A stretch of DNA of 64,000 nt from Podarcis liolepis (taxonomy: Eukaryota): the NCBI GenBank assembly GCA_965112155.1, contig OZ218098.1, one strand, 5' to 3'. Below are positions 63,541 through 64,000 of this stretch, one piece after another (the stretch's first letter is position 1; every line of letters starts with the position of its first letter). The notes beneath the pieces are model-generated. The model was not told the DNA's origin, searched no databases, and worked only from the letters and a program-made list of their open reading frames with translations. A program made the translations under genes and the position numbers.

Positions 63541-64000
63541 TCCGAACAGAATATGGATCAGTCATTACGGAGCTCTGCAATATTTTGGTTCAGTTATTAT
63601 GCAGCTTGTAATGCTAGTATGAGACAGCAGATGGCAGCATTTCAAAAGCTCCTGCAGCTTTTCCACTGAGTTACATCAATCTGAGCACATACACGAAAAG
63701 AGTGAGCTTTATGAACTGCTGAGGTTCCTTCACATATTTTGAAATGCCTTTGCTTTCACATATATGCTGTCTAAGGTGTTGCAACCTAATGCCGAACTAG
63801 ACATGCTGGAATCTGTGTGTGAGCTGAATTTATTTATGCAGCTGTCCCATTCACATCTAAAATGAGGGATGAGTGGGGGGGGGGGTCCTACTTTTTGCAA
63901 TAAAAGGGCTGCATGGAGCGAACCAGTTCAGTTGCGCCAGTTTTATCAGTGTGCATGGCACTTTATCATACAAGAGGATAGGTCTTTGCTTCCAAAGAGT

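Overview
64 kb of AT-rich vertebrate DNA. The repeat content (Sauria-type SINEs, BovB/RTE, CR1, L2, L1, Penelope-like elements, many Tc1/pogo, hAT and Harbinger MITEs) indicates a squamate reptile, probably a lacertid lizard (inference). I recognise no host protein-coding exon. The window looks like a large intron or intergenic region, and nearly all ORFs in the supplied track are noise or TE fragments. The most interesting system is a young Penelope-like retroelement family present as three insertions with target-site duplications. These are a 5'-truncated copy with an open GIY-YIG endonuclease frame (missed by the ORF track) plus TATA box and hammerhead ribozyme, a 99-bp solo ribozyme cassette, and an inverted hairpin pair. 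The hammerheads are minimal, with palindromic stems II and III, so they probably need to dimerise. Other points: a Tigger1-like element resembling mammalian Tigger1 termini, a CpG-retaining block near 15.5-16.2 kb with a candidate minus-strand exon or microexon, and several homotypic TF-motif clusters. Family names come from recalled consensus features, not database searches, and boundaries of old repeats are approximate.
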